The position numbers and the translations under genes were made by a program. The notes under the pieces were generated by a model. That model was not told the DNA's origin and ran no database searches. It saw nothing but the letters and a program-made list of their open reading frames with translations. A DNA stretch of 64,000 nt from Squalus acanthias (Eukaryota): the NCBI GenBank assembly GCA_030390025.1, contig CM059431.1:101248001-101312000 (forward strand). Reading direction: 5' to 3'. Positions 63,726 to 64,000 of this stretch are shown here, one piece after another. How positions within the stretch are numbered: the first letter of the stretch is position 1; each line of letters opens with the position of its first letter.

Positions 63726-64000
63726 GGCCCGGAATTTGCGGTCAGCGGCGAAGTAAAGGCGTTCGCCGCCGGCCCCGAAGTAAGCTTCGCACAAAGATCT
63801 CGCGATCTCTGTGTCGAGAAGTTCGGGCTTTCCGACGGGTAGTTCAAATCAACGGAGTGCAGTGGGAATCCCATCGTGCGAGCTGCTGTGACGTCAACAA
63901 GCTGTCTAAGCAGCCAATCAAAGCGCAGAGTTCTCACAGACAGCAAACCAGGAAGTGGGTAAGATCTTAAAATTCTAACTTTTTAAAAAATGTTAGAGAG
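63726..64000. mobile_element. Probable left arm of a Harbinger-like MITE, running off the window
   Basis: Starts ggcccggaatttgcg; CpG-rich arm with CCAAT and ggtaag as in the other MITEs. Confidence 0.5.

Noticed and set aside
1..64000. Nested GPR18/GPR183 genes and further UBAC2 exons
   Set aside because: No GPCR-length ORF is present, and I found neither the upstream short exon nor the final UBA exon; they presumably lie outside the window

Overview
Eukaryotic, very repeat-rich vertebrate DNA. The repeat set (CR1, Deu-domain tRNA SINEs, Penelope, L2-like tails) suggests a cartilaginous fish such as a shark; this is an inference. The only host coding sequence I can support is two minus-strand exons of UBAC2 (47889-48134 and 9914-10036, both phase 0 with canonical AG/GT sites), separated by a ~37.9-kb intron, so the whole window probably lies inside UBAC2. 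The introns are filled with CR1 LINEs (two with ORF1 esterase), two Penelope-like RT/GIY-YIG elements and their end fragments, SINEs, LTR-like elements, Tigger- and hAT-type MITEs, about ten PIF/Harbinger-type MITEs with 3-bp TSDs, a decayed Harbinger transposase, a CT-rich satellite and a 373-N gap. Most interesting: (1) two families of minimal hammerhead-ribozyme motifs in Penelope-type ends, some in ~190-bp palindromes and two intact copies in the sense of the same UBAC2 intron; (2) Harbinger MITEs carrying internal palindromes, promoter motifs and splice donors; (3) an exon tightly bracketed by inverted CR1s; (4) an ETS-IRF motif cluster; (5) a TE-free island with a short ORF. All family names come from recognising motifs by eye, and many boundaries are approximate.
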